Shown in pieces: positions 41,421 to 52,185 of a stretch of 64,000 bases of DNA; position 1 is the stretch's first letter; each line of letters starts with the position of its first letter. The DNA is from Alphaproteobacteria bacterium (GTDB lineage: Bacteria > Pseudomonadota > Alphaproteobacteria > SP197). The position numbers and the translations under genes were made by a program. The notes under the pieces were generated by a model. It worked only from the letters and a program-made list of their open reading frames with translations, was not told the origin of the DNA and searched no databases. The stretch lies in the NCBI GenBank assembly GCA_964291265.2, contig OZ219747.1, forward strand, positions 1,888,001 through 1,952,000, in the 5' to 3' direction.

Positions 41421-42378
41421 ATGTCCCCCCCTCCCCCCCCCCGAACTGGCAGGCTGCAGGAATCACGGGTCTGACCTCTTTCTGATTTCGCTATCCCTTT
41501 CACTCGCGCTCGTCCTCACGGCCTGCGGCGGTGGTGGAGGAGGTACAGCATCAAAGCCTCCTGCCAATCCCGCAACCGTTTCAGGGACATATGCCGACAC
41601 CGCACCCCTGTCCGTCAGCGTGAACATCCAAGACTATTCGACGTCGCCGCGAACCTCTCAGAATGACATCAACAAGGTGAGTGCCGTCACGTCGGATGGC
41701 AGTGGCGGATACATGATCACATACATGATCGATGGAGTTTCCAGGTCCGTTTCGCTGGGATCGGCTGATCGGAGCACCGACTACTACTCCAGAAGGGACG
41801 GTGCGATCGACCATTACTTCGACGTGAATGATTACAACTTCGCTGATCCCAACGACGAGTACGACCATGTCAACCTGTCGTGGTTGTACCGTACCGTGTA
41901 TCCTGATGCAGAAAGTTCATCGCCGCTTTCCCAGACGATTCATACGGTTGTTCACGGCGAGAAGACTGCCCCCTCGGGCATGCCGACGACCGGCCGTGCG
42001 ACCTATGGCGGCAACTTTCACGTCGCCACCTTCGAGCCCCGTCCGGCGAGTGGCGAATTCGAGAGAGCGTCGACAAACTATCGTGGCGATTTGATGCTCT
42101 CTGCCGATTTTGCGACGGGCACCGTCAGTGGCACCTTCGACGGGCGCGACCGGCGCCTGCCCACAGACGATGGCTACGTTGAATTTTCGAGTCAGTTTGC
42201 GCTCAACGATGGCAGCATCTCAGGGAACGGACTGACCGCCGATTTCTCGGGTCTGGGCTATGACGGTACCGTGAATGGTGCGTTCTACGGTCCTGACGCT
42301 GCTGAAGTTGGTGGTGTCATGGATGCGACTCATGAGAATGGCAACATCCTCATGGGGATGTTTCGCGGGAACAGGTGA
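41421..42378 (+). CDS. TbpB-like surface lipoprotein (T11SS cargo); ATG out of frame across a poly-C tract
   Basis: AGGAGG RBS plus ATG 41421, C7-T-C10 tract, lipobox LTA-C followed by GGGGG, TGRATYGG, ADFATGTVSG and C-terminal GAFYGPDAAEVGG...GMFRG. Confidence 0.78.
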
Positions 42379-42414
42379 AGGACATAACGATAGTGCGCAG
42401 GAGGGCGCCGAGAG

Positions 42415-43717
42415 GTGGCGCGTGTCGCGGTCATCGCCGTGCTGGTGGCTGCCGTCAGCAGCGTGGATGCCCATGAACCCTCTGCGTCTTCAGGTCTGAG
42501 CGATCTGCAGTTCGGCCGGCTTCTCCTGCAGGCCGGTCGACCGCAGGACGCTCACGCCTTCATCGAACAGGCACGTCCCGCCGATGACGAAGAGGCGATC
42601 GCGCGTCTCTTCATGCTCGGGCGTATCGAGATGCGCCTCGGCCTGCCGCGCATGGCGGCACGGCGTTTCGAGGCCATCCTCGAACGCCGCGCCGATCTTC
42701 CCCGCGTACGTCTCGAACTCGCGGCTGCATACTTCGCGGCTGAGCGCGATGACGAGGCACGGCATCACTTCGAGGAAGCCCTGGCCGGACGCCTTCCATC
42801 GTCCGTTGCGACCGTGGTCAGGAGTTTTCTCGATCAACTCGACAATCGCAGGCGATGGACGCTGTCGCTGTCCGCTGGGCTGGCCTCGGAGTCCAATCCG
42901 GGCCATCGACCGGCCGGGCGGACAGTGCTGATCGGTGGAGTCCCATGGACACTCGATGCCGACAGTCGGGCGAAGTCGGGAACGGGAATTCAGATCTCGG
43001 GCGGTGTCTCTTTCAGCCCCCCCCATCGGGGAGGACGTGCGCGGTGTAGCGTCGGTTTCCGCGGCGGCGAAGTTCTATCGACGACGTACCTGGAACGACG
43101 TGTCGTTGGCAACGGACCTCGGCCTCGCTTCGCTCTCCGACAGGTCCAGCCTGTCCGGTGGCCTGAGAGTCGGCAGACGCTGGCTCGGCAACCGTGGTTA
43201 CAGCCTCAGCGCCGGCCCATGGCAGCGCGGCACCTGGCAGGTGTCAGAGATCACCCGTGTGGGGGTGGCCGGCGACCTTCTTGGCTTCAGGCACGATGAC
43301 GTTCCAGGTCGTGATGGATGGCGCCTGTCGATCAGACCGAACCTGTTTCATGCGCTGGACCGTCGCAGTACAATGGCGGTCGCCCTTGACTTGGAATCCA
43401 TGGTCTCCCGCCAGCGACACTTCGGAAGCCGCATGGCAGGGCTGGAGGTGACCGTGACTCACGTCTTCGAAGGGGGACTGTCCGTCGCACCGACGCTGGG
43501 TGTGTGGTTCCGTCGATACGGTGGCCGTGATCCGTTGTTCGACAGGGTCAGGAAAGACACCACCATCCGGCCAGCGGTGACGATTCGCCACCAGTCACTG
43601 CACGCCATGGGGTTGACGCCTCATGTCGGTTACAGGTTCGAGACCGTGCGCTCCAGTCTCGACATTCATTCGTTCGGGAATCACGCTGTGGAAGTCGGAG
43701 TGTCGAGAACTTTCTGA
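42415..43717 (+). pseudogene. Slam/DUF560 surface lipoprotein assembly modifier (T11SS translocon), frameshifted at C8 (43017-43024)
   Basis: Signal peptide, TPR region (RVRLELAAAYF) and a beta-barrel in the next frame ending VGVSRTF; directly follows the TbpB-like gene. Confidence 0.8.
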
Positions 43718-44029
43718 GGCGTTCAATGGGTAACGTGGGTCCTGTCCAGGATTCCCGGAGGCGAGTCCCGGGCTTCGGGCGCCCGTGCACCACTCAGGGT
43801 TAAGAAAGCTCCGATGTGCGTGTCCGGGAGATGCGTGCGTTCGCGACTTCACGGGCGTCGCTCATGTGCTTGAAGAAGGCATGTTCCGCATCATGGCGAT
43901 GGAGATCATAGTCCCCGCCACTCGATTCCAGGGCCTCCCCGGGATCATCCACGGCATTGGACGTACTCCGGTCGTCAGGATGCCGACGACTGGAGCCATA
44001 TGGTCGTACGCCCTTGCCGCAGCGCCGTC

Positions 44030-44355
44030 ATGCTGCGATGCCGACCCGGGCCTCCTTGAGTATGCAGAGGATCTTCTCGTTGCGGCCTGGTGTTGATGCT
44101 CTCGATGCAGCCGTTCTCCCAGGGTAAGTCCGGCTCGAAGAAGGCGGTCCGGGCGCCAACCGCGGCGGTCCACCGATTGACCGGCGGCGCACTCCGGTCC
44201 GTTGGCGGAGCGGAGCGAGGCCGGGGACGCCGCGCAGGATGAACAGGTCGGTCAGCATGTCGGTGGGGGAAGGCTTGCGCCGTACCTGTATCGTCAGGTT
44301 TTCACGGATGAGCTCGTCCAGAGCGTTCGGCATGCGCAACGTCCGGCCGTCATGG
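44030..44355 (-). pseudogene. IS3-family integrase-core remnant
   Basis: DGRTLRM..DELIRE.L.I.VRRK...LTDLFILRGVP with downstream frameshifts. Confidence 0.6.
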
Positions 44356-44379
44356 GTCCGCCCTCCCGTCGCGCAGGCC

Positions 44380-44596
44380 ACAGGTGCTCGGCACGCTCGT
44401 CGTTGATCTGCCAGCCGGCATCGTCGAAGGTCTTCCGGATTCCCTGGCCCCGTGCCGGGGTGAATGAAGCAGTGTCGGGCGCCCGAGGGCATGATGCGGA
44501 TGCCAAGGCCTTCAGTTCGACAAGGCGCCCATCCAGGAGGGTCATCTCTGGCTTGAGCGTATCGACCCGGTTGCGAGTGAGGTGTCGTGTGGCCAT
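44380..44596 (-). pseudogene. Tyrosine integrase arm-binding N-terminal remnant
   Basis: MATRHLTRNRVDTLKP, then frameshifted GLGIRIMPSGARHCF. Confidence 0.5.
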
Positions 44597-44808
44597 GTTC
44601 CCTCCGGCGTTCCGTGACCCTAATGAGGCTATGCCTCAGACCGACGAGAGACGTCGCGGAAGGCATCGCCTTTCCGTCCATCGTTGCAGAAACGACAAGA
44701 GTGAATTGCATTGTATCAGGTGATTGGTATCACAGGTGCGGCCTCTTGTGCAGCACGGATTGGCCGATATCGTGTGTTCCGGTGTTGGACACGAACACGG
44801 TGGCAGGC

Positions 44809-46110
44809 ATGATGACACGAGGTGCGCAGTCGTCTCTCCGCCAGAGAGCCGCGAGAGCCCTTCCCGGCGGCACGTTCGGCAACGTCTCCGGAGACCTCTT
44901 CATAACCCGGGGCAGCGGCAGCCGCGTGTGGGACGACGAAGGCCGCGAGTACATCGACTACCTCATCGGATCGGGGCCCATGATCATCGGGCATGCCCAT
45001 CCCGAGGTCACGAGCGCCGTGCGCGGCCAGCTCGAAACGGGGACGACGTTCTTTGCCAGCAATCCCGAGGGCATCGCCCTGGCGGAAGCCATCATTGAAG
45101 CCGTGCCGGTCGCCGAGAAGGTTCGTTTCACGAGCACGGGCTCCGAGGCCGACGCCTTTGCCATGCGCCTTGCCCGCGCCCATACGGGACGTCCGAAGAT
45201 CCTCAAGTTCGAGGGTGGTTACCATGGCTACAGCGATTACGGACTGATGAGCCTCGCCCCGAAGACGCCGGGCAACTCGTCCCGCCCGATTCCCGATTCG
45301 GCGGGCATTCCCGAGGCGGTGAGGGACACGGTCCTCGTGGCGCCGTTCAATGATGCAGGCGCGGTGGAGAGTCTGCTGAGGGAATACGGTTGTGAGATTG
45401 CAGCGGTCTTCCTCGAGCCGATGCAGCGTCTGATACCGCCGCAGCCAGGCTTCCTTGCCGCCCTCCGGGATCTGACGCGCGAGCACGATGTGCTCCTCGT
45501 GTTCGACGAGGTGGTCACGGGATTCCGGCTGGGCATGGGCGGCGCCCAGGAATACTACGGCGTCGTGCCGGACCTGTGCACGCTTGGCAAGGTGATCGGC
45601 GGCGGCTTCCCGCTTGCAGCCATCGCCGGACGCGAGGACATCCTGGCCGCCTTTGACAGCGAGCAGGCCGATCCCGGACGGTTCGTGCCACAGGTCGGCA
45701 CCCTCTCCGGCAATCCCGTGGCGGCCGTGGCCGGTCTTGCAACACTCGACGTCCTGTCGCGCCCGGGCACCTTCGAGCGCCTCTTCGACACGGGCGGGCG
45801 GCTGATGACGGCCCTCGAGGACATCCTTGCCGCCAACGGAATCGAAGGCCGCGTGATCGGCGAGCCTCCTCTCTTCGATGTCGTTTTCACGCAAGGCACC
45901 GTCAGCAATCACCGCGACATGCTGGCTGCCAATTCCACGATGCTGAAGCGATTCAATGCTCTCCTCGGTGAGAACGGCGTGCTCAAGGCGGATTCCAAGA
46001 TCTATGTCTCCACGGCCATCAGCGACGAGGACATCACCCGGACGGTCGCCGCAATGGAGGACGCCATCAGCCGCCTCGCCCAGGAACGTCACGCCGGTCT
46101 CCTCCCGTGA
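44809..46110 (+). CDS. Class III aminotransferase (glutamate-1-semialdehyde aminomutase-like)
   Basis: GREYIDY, SEA, FEGGYHG, FDEVVTGFR, GKVIGGGFP, GTLSGNP. Confidence 0.9.
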   Translation: MMTRGAQSSLRQRAARALPGGTFGNVSGDLFITRGSGSRVWDDEGREYIDYLIGSGPMIIGHAHPEVTSAVRGQLETGTTFFASNPEGIALAEAIIEAVPVAEKVRFTSTGSEADAFAMRLARAHTGRPKILKFEGGYHGYSDYGLMSLAPKTPGNSSRPIPDSAGIPEAVRDTVLVAPFNDAGAVESLLREYGCEIAAVFLEPMQRLIPPQPGFLAALRDLTREHDVLLVFDEVVTGFRLGMGGAQEYYGVVPDLCTLGKVIGGGFPLAAIAGREDILAAFDSEQADPGRFVPQVGTLSGNPVAAVAGLATLDVLSRPGTFERLFDTGGRLMTALEDILAANGIEGRVIGEPPLFDVVFTQGTVSNHRDMLAANSTMLKRFNALLGENGVLKADSKIYVSTAISDEDITRTVAAMEDAISRLAQERHAGLLP

Positions 46111-47237
46111 CGGGGGTCAGCGTCGATCCCTCCGGAGCGTTCCTGACCCTGGGATCCAGGCGCTTCCACGCCATCTGGTTGCGCGACAATGCGGCTGATC
46201 CCGGGACCCGTGACCCCGGCAACGGTCAGCGGCTGATTGCGCCGGGCGCCATTCCGCCCGATCTCCGCATCAACTCTGCGGCCATCTGCAACGGCACGCT
46301 CATGGTCGAATTCGCGCCGGAGATGAGGACGATCGCCTTCGAGTTGTCCTGGCTCGCGCGGAATGCCTACGACCGGTCAGGGGTTGACGGGCGCGGCTGG
46401 ACGGATCCGATGATCGCCACGTGGACAGGGTCGCTTCTGGAAGAGGTGCCGTCTGCGGACCTCGAGGCCCTGGAGAGGCGCGGCGCGAGGTTGCGCGACT
46501 GGCTGGGCCATGTCCGGCGCTACGGCGTGGCGCGGGTGATCGACGGACCGACGGTACCCGGGGCACTCTTTCGCGTTGTCGATCTCTTCGGTCACGTGAG
46601 GGAAACCAACTACGGCCGGCACTTTGACGTCCGCAACCAGGTGAACCCGGTGAATCTCGCCTACACCGGACGCGCCCTCCAGGCCCACACCGACAATCCC
46701 TACCGGGATCCGGTGCCCACCGTTCAGGTGCTCTACTGCCTCGAGAGTTCCCAGGGCGGCGGCGACAGCGTGGTCATTGACGGATTTGCCGCCGTCTGCC
46801 GCTTGCGTGAAGAGAACCCGGATCACTTCGATGTGCTCGCTGATCACTGCGCACGCTTTGCCTTCGACGGCGAGGACGGTGTCTATCTCGCTGCCCGCCG
46901 CCCGCTGATTGAACTGGCGCCCGATGGGGAACTCCTGTGCGTGCGTTTCAACAACCGGTCGCTGGCAGCCGTGAGGGATGTGCCCTTCGAGCGCATGGCC
47001 CTGTGGTACGCCGCCTACCGGCACCTTGGCGACATCATCGACGACCCGATGATGGCGGTCACGTTCCGCCTGGAACCGGGCGAGTGCCTTGTCGTCGACA
47101 ACACCCGCGTGCTTCACGGCCGTACGGCATGGACAGGCGCCGGCGACCGCTGGCTCCAGGGCTGCTATGCCGATATGGACGGGTTGCGCTCGACACACGA
47201 GGCGATGGTGCACGCAACATCGCGAGCGCCTGTCTGA
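46107..47237 (+). CDS. Gamma-butyrobetaine hydroxylase-like Fe/2OG dioxygenase (TmpA-like)
   Basis: WLRDN, ETNYG, NLAYT, HTDNPYRDP, DNTRVLHGR, LQGCYAD. Confidence 0.88.
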   Translation: MTGVSVDPSGAFLTLGSRRFHAIWLRDNAADPGTRDPGNGQRLIAPGAIPPDLRINSAAICNGTLMVEFAPEMRTIAFELSWLARNAYDRSGVDGRGWTDPMIATWTGSLLEEVPSADLEALERRGARLRDWLGHVRRYGVARVIDGPTVPGALFRVVDLFGHVRETNYGRHFDVRNQVNPVNLAYTGRALQAHTDNPYRDPVPTVQVLYCLESSQGGGDSVVIDGFAAVCRLREENPDHFDVLADHCARFAFDGEDGVYLAARRPLIELAPDGELLCVRFNNRSLAAVRDVPFERMALWYAAYRHLGDIIDDPMMAVTFRLEPGECLVVDNTRVLHGRTAWTGAGDRWLQGCYADMDGLRSTHEAMVHATSRAPV

Positions 47238-47827
47238 TGGGCCATGCCATCATCGATTGCCTGGCTGCCATCTTCGAGGACGTGGCGGCTGTCGAATACC
47301 TTGGCGAGGACGTGACGGTTGCCGAACACATGCTGCAGAGTGCCACCCTCGCCCAGAGGGCCCGCAGAAAGGACTCGGTCATCGTTGGTGCGCTGCTCCA
47401 TGATATCGGCCATCTCGCGGGCGACTCCGGAATGTTCTCCATGACGGACACTGAGGACCGCCGCCACGAAGTGGTCGGCGCCCGACTGGTAGCGCGGTTC
47501 CTTCCCGCCGTCGTGACCGACTGCATCCGACACCACGTGGCGGCCAAGCGTTACCTCTCGGCCACAAGGCGTGGTTACCTTGACAGGCTGAGCGACGCGT
47601 CGCTCCATTCGCTCTCCCTGCAGGGCGGACCGATGAGAGCACGCGAGGCCGAACGATTTGCCCGACATCCGCACCTTGACGAGATCATCACCGTGCGACT
47701 CCTGGATGACGCCGGAAAGCGACCTGGCGTGAAAACACCCGGATTTCCGCACTTTGTCCCGATCATCGAGCGCTTGGTGGAGGGACACGGGCCCAACCAG
47801 AGCAAGGAGACGCATGATGCTGCTTGA
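47237..47827 (+). CDS. HD-domain oxygenase (TmpB/PhnZ-like)
   Basis: EYLGEDVT..EHMLQ, ALLHDIGH, HVAAKRYL, SLSLQGGPM, DDAGK. Confidence 0.88.
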   Translation: MGHAIIDCLAAIFEDVAAVEYLGEDVTVAEHMLQSATLAQRARRKDSVIVGALLHDIGHLAGDSGMFSMTDTEDRRHEVVGARLVARFLPAVVTDCIRHHVAAKRYLSATRRGYLDRLSDASLHSLSLQGGPMRAREAERFARHPHLDEIITVRLLDDAGKRPGVKTPGFPHFVPIIERLVEGHGPNQSKETHDAA

Positions 47828-48149
47828 CGTACGAACCTACACCTGCCGTCCCGGCATGCTGAAGAAACACATGGAACTCTACGAAGCCCTTGGCAAGGAG
47901 CCGCAGACGAGGCATCTCGGACAGCCCCTGGCATGGCTCGTCACCGAGACCGGCAATCCCAATCAGTTCCTCCATATCTGGGTCTACGAGAATGCCGCTG
48001 ATCGCGAGGCACGCCGGAAGGCGATGCAGGCGGACCCGGACTGGCAGAACTACCTGGCCCGGAGTGCCGAACTCGGCGCCCTGGTCAACCAGGAGAACCG
48101 GCTCATGACGCCGGCCAGCTTCTTTCCGGCGCCCACCCGCCGATCATGA
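47814..48149 (+). CDS. NIPSNAP family protein
   Basis: DVRTYTCRPG, HIWVYENAADREARR. Confidence 0.9.
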   Translation: MMLLDVRTYTCRPGMLKKHMELYEALGKEPQTRHLGQPLAWLVTETGNPNQFLHIWVYENAADREARRKAMQADPDWQNYLARSAELGALVNQENRLMTPASFFPAPTRRS

Positions 48150-48841
48150 TCATGCCGGTCATTGCCGGCGACCCGCTGTCCTTTCCACAGCGAAGCGGTC
48201 TCGATTTTCCGCGCACGGCGCTTCTTGTTATCGACATGCAGCGCGATTTTTGTGGGGAGAACGGCTACATGCACCGCCTCGGAGTCGATCTGTCGCGCCT
48301 GAGGCAGCCTGTCGCGCCGATTCGCCGTGTCCTCGACGCGGCCCGGCGGTGCGGACTCACGGTCTGCCACGCACGCGAGGGATATGCGCCGGACCTCTCG
48401 GACCTGCAGCCCTGGAAGGTTGGCGGTGCCGCCAACGAAGCCATCGGCAGCTCCGGGCCCCTGGGCCGGGCGCTCGTCCGTGGCGAGGAGGGATGGCACA
48501 TCATCGACGAGCTCGCTCCGTTGCCTGGCGAGGACGTGTTCGACAAGGCAAGCTACGGGGTCTTTGCGACAACCGGGATCGGCGCCGACTTTCGGGCGCG
48601 TGACATTCGGGCTGCGATCCTTGTCGGGCTCACCACGGACTGCTGTGTCACGTCGACGCTGCGCGAGGCCCTGGATCGTGGCATCGAGTGCTTGGTCGTG
48701 GAGGACTGCACGGCTGCAGCGAACCAGCGGCGGCATGACGCTGCCATCGACCTCATCCGCTCGTCCGGCGGCGTCTTCGGAACTCTCGCTGGTAGCAGCG
48801 ATGTCATCGAGACACTTGAAACGGCACGCTGCCAACGGTGA
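48146..48841 (+). CDS. Isochorismatase-family cysteine hydrolase
   Basis: LLVIDMQRDF, DK, GLTTDCCVTSTLREA. Confidence 0.88.
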   Translation: MIMPVIAGDPLSFPQRSGLDFPRTALLVIDMQRDFCGENGYMHRLGVDLSRLRQPVAPIRRVLDAARRCGLTVCHAREGYAPDLSDLQPWKVGGAANEAIGSSGPLGRALVRGEEGWHIIDELAPLPGEDVFDKASYGVFATTGIGADFRARDIRAAILVGLTTDCCVTSTLREALDRGIECLVVEDCTAAANQRRHDAAIDLIRSSGGVFGTLAGSSDVIETLETARCQR

Positions 48842-48890
48842 CGTTGTCGTCAGCATCACTTCACGCTAGCGTGTCGTCCTGGAGGCTTCC

Positions 48891-49763
48891 ATGGTGACGT
48901 TGACGCCGCTTGATGCGGCCTTCGGAGTGGAGATTCACGGAGTCCGGCTTGCCGACGATATCGCCGACCGGGTCATGCGCACCCTCGTGGAGGCGCTTCA
49001 TGCCCATCGCGTGATCGTCATCAGGGACCAGAACCTCGACAAGGACCGGTTTCTCCGGTTTGGCAGGCTATGGGGCGACCCCATTCCCCATGTCCTCGAT
49101 CACATGCGCATGGAGAACTATCCCGAACTCATGGCCGTGGGCAACACGGAGGAGCGGGACAGGGACGCGAAGATTCGCAACGGCGCCGCCCTGTGGCACA
49201 CCGACCAGTCCTACGAGAAGGTGCCGGCGAGCGCCACCATGCTCTATTCGATCCTGGCGCCCCGGGAAGGGGGCGAAACGCGGTTCTGCGACATGGCGGG
49301 GGCCTATGATTCCCTCGACGCCGCCACCAGGGAGAGGATCGATTCCCTCGAAGTGGCGCACAAGTACGGTCGTGGCCGCCGCCTTGCAGGCGAAGCCGCG
49401 GCCAATCCGATCATCAGCGATGACCAGGATCGCCGGGTGCCGCCGGTCCACCACCCCCTGGTGATGCGCCATCCGGTCACCGGCAGGAAGGCGCTCTACG
49501 CCCTCGGTCACGGAGCCTACACCATCAGGGACGTGGCCTCCGACGAGGCCGGAGAGTTGCTTGATTCGCTGAAGGCCCACGCCCTGCGCGAAGAACACAT
49601 CTACCGCCACCGCTATCGCCCGGGCGATCTTGTCGTCTGGGACACCCTGCAGACGATGCATGCGGCGAGCCCCATTGCATTCGCCTCGTCGCCGGAGAAC
49701 GCCCGCCTTCTCTGGCGGATCAGCGTGCGCGGCCTGCCGGAAATCCTGTCACGGAGCGCCTGA
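48891..49763 (+). CDS. TauD/TfdA Fe/2OG dioxygenase
   Basis: WHTDQSY, GGETRF, HPLVMRHPVTGRKALY, GDLVVWD...H. Confidence 0.9.
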   Translation: MVTLTPLDAAFGVEIHGVRLADDIADRVMRTLVEALHAHRVIVIRDQNLDKDRFLRFGRLWGDPIPHVLDHMRMENYPELMAVGNTEERDRDAKIRNGAALWHTDQSYEKVPASATMLYSILAPREGGETRFCDMAGAYDSLDAATRERIDSLEVAHKYGRGRRLAGEAAANPIISDDQDRRVPPVHHPLVMRHPVTGRKALYALGHGAYTIRDVASDEAGELLDSLKAHALREEHIYRHRYRPGDLVVWDTLQTMHAASPIAFASSPENARLLWRISVRGLPEILSRSA

Positions 49764-49766
49764 TCG

Positions 49767-50177
49767 ATGGCGCCGGTCAGGGGAGGGTGCCTGTGCGGCG
49801 CCGTGCGCTATCACATCGATGCATCACCGCTGTGGACGGCCTACTGCCACTGCCGGAGTTGCCGGCGCGCCACCGGCACTCCCGTTGCAGCCCTTGTCGG
49901 CGCAGCGGCCTCGTCGGTGACCTTCACTGCCGGCAATCGGGCCATCCATGAATCCTCACCCGGTGTCAGGCGTGGGTTCTGTGCTTCGTGCGGAACGCCG
50001 TTGACCTATGAATCCGACGATGTCCCCGGTGAAATCCACTTCTACACCGGCACCTGTGATGATGCCGATTCCCTGCCACCCACCCTCCATGTCTGGTGCG
50101 AGGCAGCCCTTGCATGGTTCGATACCGACGATGCGCTTGTCCGTCACGACAGAGGCAGTGGGCGCCTGGACAGCTGA
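49767..50177 (+). CDS. GFA/CENP-V family protein
   Basis: GGCLCGAVRY, CHCRSCRR, FCASCGTPL. Confidence 0.9.
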   Translation: MAPVRGGCLCGAVRYHIDASPLWTAYCHCRSCRRATGTPVAALVGAAASSVTFTAGNRAIHESSPGVRRGFCASCGTPLTYESDDVPGEIHFYTGTCDDADSLPPTLHVWCEAALAWFDTDDALVRHDRGSGRLDS

Positions 50178-50185
50178 GAGCGGCG

Positions 50186-50401
50186 TCAGGCAAGAAGGGC
50201 GAAGGCACCGCCGATGGCGATGATCACGAAGCCCATGATCATGAACTTCGCCATCGACTGCCTGAAGGCCGGGTTCGTGATATCCGCATGGTCGCGCTGG
50301 TGTTCCGTGAAGCTCAGGTTGAGAATGTTGGCGAGCGACAGCAGCCCGAATCCGACGATCATGATGCCCAGGGTGATGAAGACGACGGCGACCGTTTCCA
50401 T
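50186..50401 (-). CDS. Small two-TM membrane protein
   Basis: Two hydrophobic helices from METVAVV... Confidence 0.5.
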   Translation of the reverse strand: METVAVVFITLGIMIVGFGLLSLANILNLSFTEHQRDHADITNPAFRQSMAKFMIMGFVIIAIGGAFALLA

Positions 50402-50853
50402 GGCTGCCGATGGTACACGAAGGCAGAGGCGATTCCCAGGGATGCCGATCACGGCCCTGGCCGCCCCGACTGAATTGCTCCGGTGCTCCTTCTTGCGTCT
50501 TCACGAAGCGGACGGTCCCGGCCTCACGAACGGCGTCGACGGTTTCGATCGAGGGAATCGACGTGCATCCGAGGCCATGACTGACGTCTGGACAGGCCTG
50601 GGCTCTGGGCACAGGCCGTGGTATCTGCCGAACATGTCCTGCAACCTTGGCAATCACGCTTCTCCGAAGGCTGCAACGCCGTGAGACAGTCCAGCTGGCA
50701 GCGCGGCTCGACGGCTCCCAAGAATTTCACCTGGCGGACATGGGCGAAGGCAAGATCGCGACGATTGTGCTCGCGACTTCGCCGCAGATGCGGGACTCAT
50801 CTTCAAGGACAGAAGAAACAGATCAGGGGATGGGTGTGGTGGTGCGCTGTGCT

Positions 50854-51028
50854 GCAAGCGTTCGGTCACGTGGTGAGGACTGATTCTGGTTGGTTCCGGT
50901 CGTCAGCATTCGGTCAAAGGGGCGAGGATGATGGACATGACAGTGACATCTGCGCATTGTCCCGGTTTTCACTCAGCATTCTCTCAGACGCCATCATCCC
51001 CTTCATGACCGCGTGACCGAACGCCTAT
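50854..51028. mobile_element. IS66-end-derived repeat at the 3' side of Rpn copy 2
   Basis: GCAAGCGTTCGGTCA...CTGATTCTGGTTGGTT resembles the IS66 left end at 26816; followed by a copy of the 13801-13926 repeat. Confidence 0.7.
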
Positions 51029-51387
51029 CCGTGCCTGGGCCTGGCGGCTAGCACATCATCAAGGCTCATGGCCACCAGCACCGCCTCCGCCCAGGCCTCC
51101 AGTTCGGCGGCCGACGCGCCGCGGACCCGCTCGCGGACCGCGCCCGGCACATCACCGAAGCGCAAGGACAGTTGACGAAGAAGAAGTTCCGCGAGGGCCT
51201 CGCTCCGGCCTCGCTCGATTCCCTTCTCGATTCCCTCGGCTCTTCCCCTCTCGAGTCCTCTCTGGAGTCCCCTCTCGAGTCCTCTCTGAAGTCCCCTCTC
51301 GAGTCCTCTCTGAAGTCCCCTCTCGAGTCCTCTCTCGAGTCCCTCGGCTCTTCCCTGCTCAAGCCAGGTTTGTGCGATCGTGCCCAT
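51025..51387 (-). CDS. Putative intragenic RpnS within Rpn copy 2
   Basis: GGGAGGTTCTG-ATG before MGTIAQTW...; 120 aa, same length as in copy 1. Confidence 0.6.
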   Translation of the reverse strand: MGTIAQTWLEQGRAEGLERGLERGLQRGLERGLQRGLERGLQRGLERGRAEGIEKGIERGRSEALAELLLRQLSLRFGDVPGAVRERVRGASAAELEAWAEAVLVAMSLDDVLAARPRHG

Positions 51388-52185
51388 CAGAACCTCCCAA
51401 TGGTCCGGCTTCGTCCGGCGCAGTGACGCCTCCAGCATGGCCGGCGTCAGGCCTTTGTGCTCGGTCATATAGCGCACAATATGACGCTCGAACGCGCTCC
51501 CCGCAACCGGCCCGCCCGTTATCGCGTCCAGAAGCTCGGGGAGCACCTCCTTGGCAAAGGCAAACCTGAGGGCCAGAAGCCCGGACCGCACCTCGGGCGA
51601 GGTCGACAGCCGGTCCGGCGCCACCTCCCCGAGGTCGTGCACCACATAGGCGAACTCCCTGACGAACGACTCCATCCCCTCGGGCGCGTCGATCATCTCC
51701 AGCACCGAGCGCGCCGCCTTCCAGCGCCCCCGGCCGTGATAGAAGACCAGGGGGATGATCGCCGGCAGCTTGATGTCGTTCCCGCCGTCCTCGCTCTTGC
51801 TCCGCTCGCTCTTGCTCCGCTCGATCTCGCTCCGCCAGATGTTGACCATGTATCCCAGGAGCTGGAGCGGCGTCGCGGCGTCGACCTGGCTCTTGTGTTC
51901 GAGCAGCACGTAGAGGCGCGCATCTTGGCCGTCCTTCAATCTCACCCGGAACAGCGCATCGCACTGGCTGCTATGGGCGTCCTCGTCGACGAAACTGCCC
52001 TTGACCGCCTCGAGCGGCGCCTTGAGGTCGAGGAGGGCAGCCACCTTCGGCGGCAGGTAGTCGGTGAGCAGCGAAGCGGCGCGGGACGGTTCGGAGACCA
52101 GCGCCCGGAACAGCGCATCGTGACGCTTCACCGGAAATTTCTTCTTGCGAAAGGCCTCCGGCGTCTCAACGGGCATCACGCTCAC
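51025..52185 (-). CDS. Rpn/YhgA-family recombination-promoting nuclease (copy 2)
   Basis: Close paralog of 13923-15086, with GLER/GLQR repeats. Confidence 0.9.
   Translation of the reverse strand: MSVMPVETPEAFRKKKFPVKRHDALFRALVSEPSRAASLLTDYLPPKVAALLDLKAPLEAVKGSFVDEDAHSSQCDALFRVRLKDGQDARLYVLLEHKSQVDAATPLQLLGYMVNIWRSEIERSKSERSKSEDGGNDIKLPAIIPLVFYHGRGRWKAARSVLEMIDAPEGMESFVREFAYVVHDLGEVAPDRLSTSPEVRSGLLALRFAFAKEVLPELLDAITGGPVAGSAFERHIVRYMTEHKGLTPAMLEASLRRTKPDHWEVLMGTIAQTWLEQGRAEGLERGLERGLQRGLERGLQRGLERGLQRGLERGRAEGIEKGIERGRSEALAELLLRQLSLRFGDVPGAVRERVRGASAAELEAWAEAVLVAMSLDDVLAARPRHG

Noticed and set aside
43790-44030. Possible dienelactone hydrolase C-terminal remnant (HRHDAEHAFF)
   Set aside because: Too short and degraded to call without a search.
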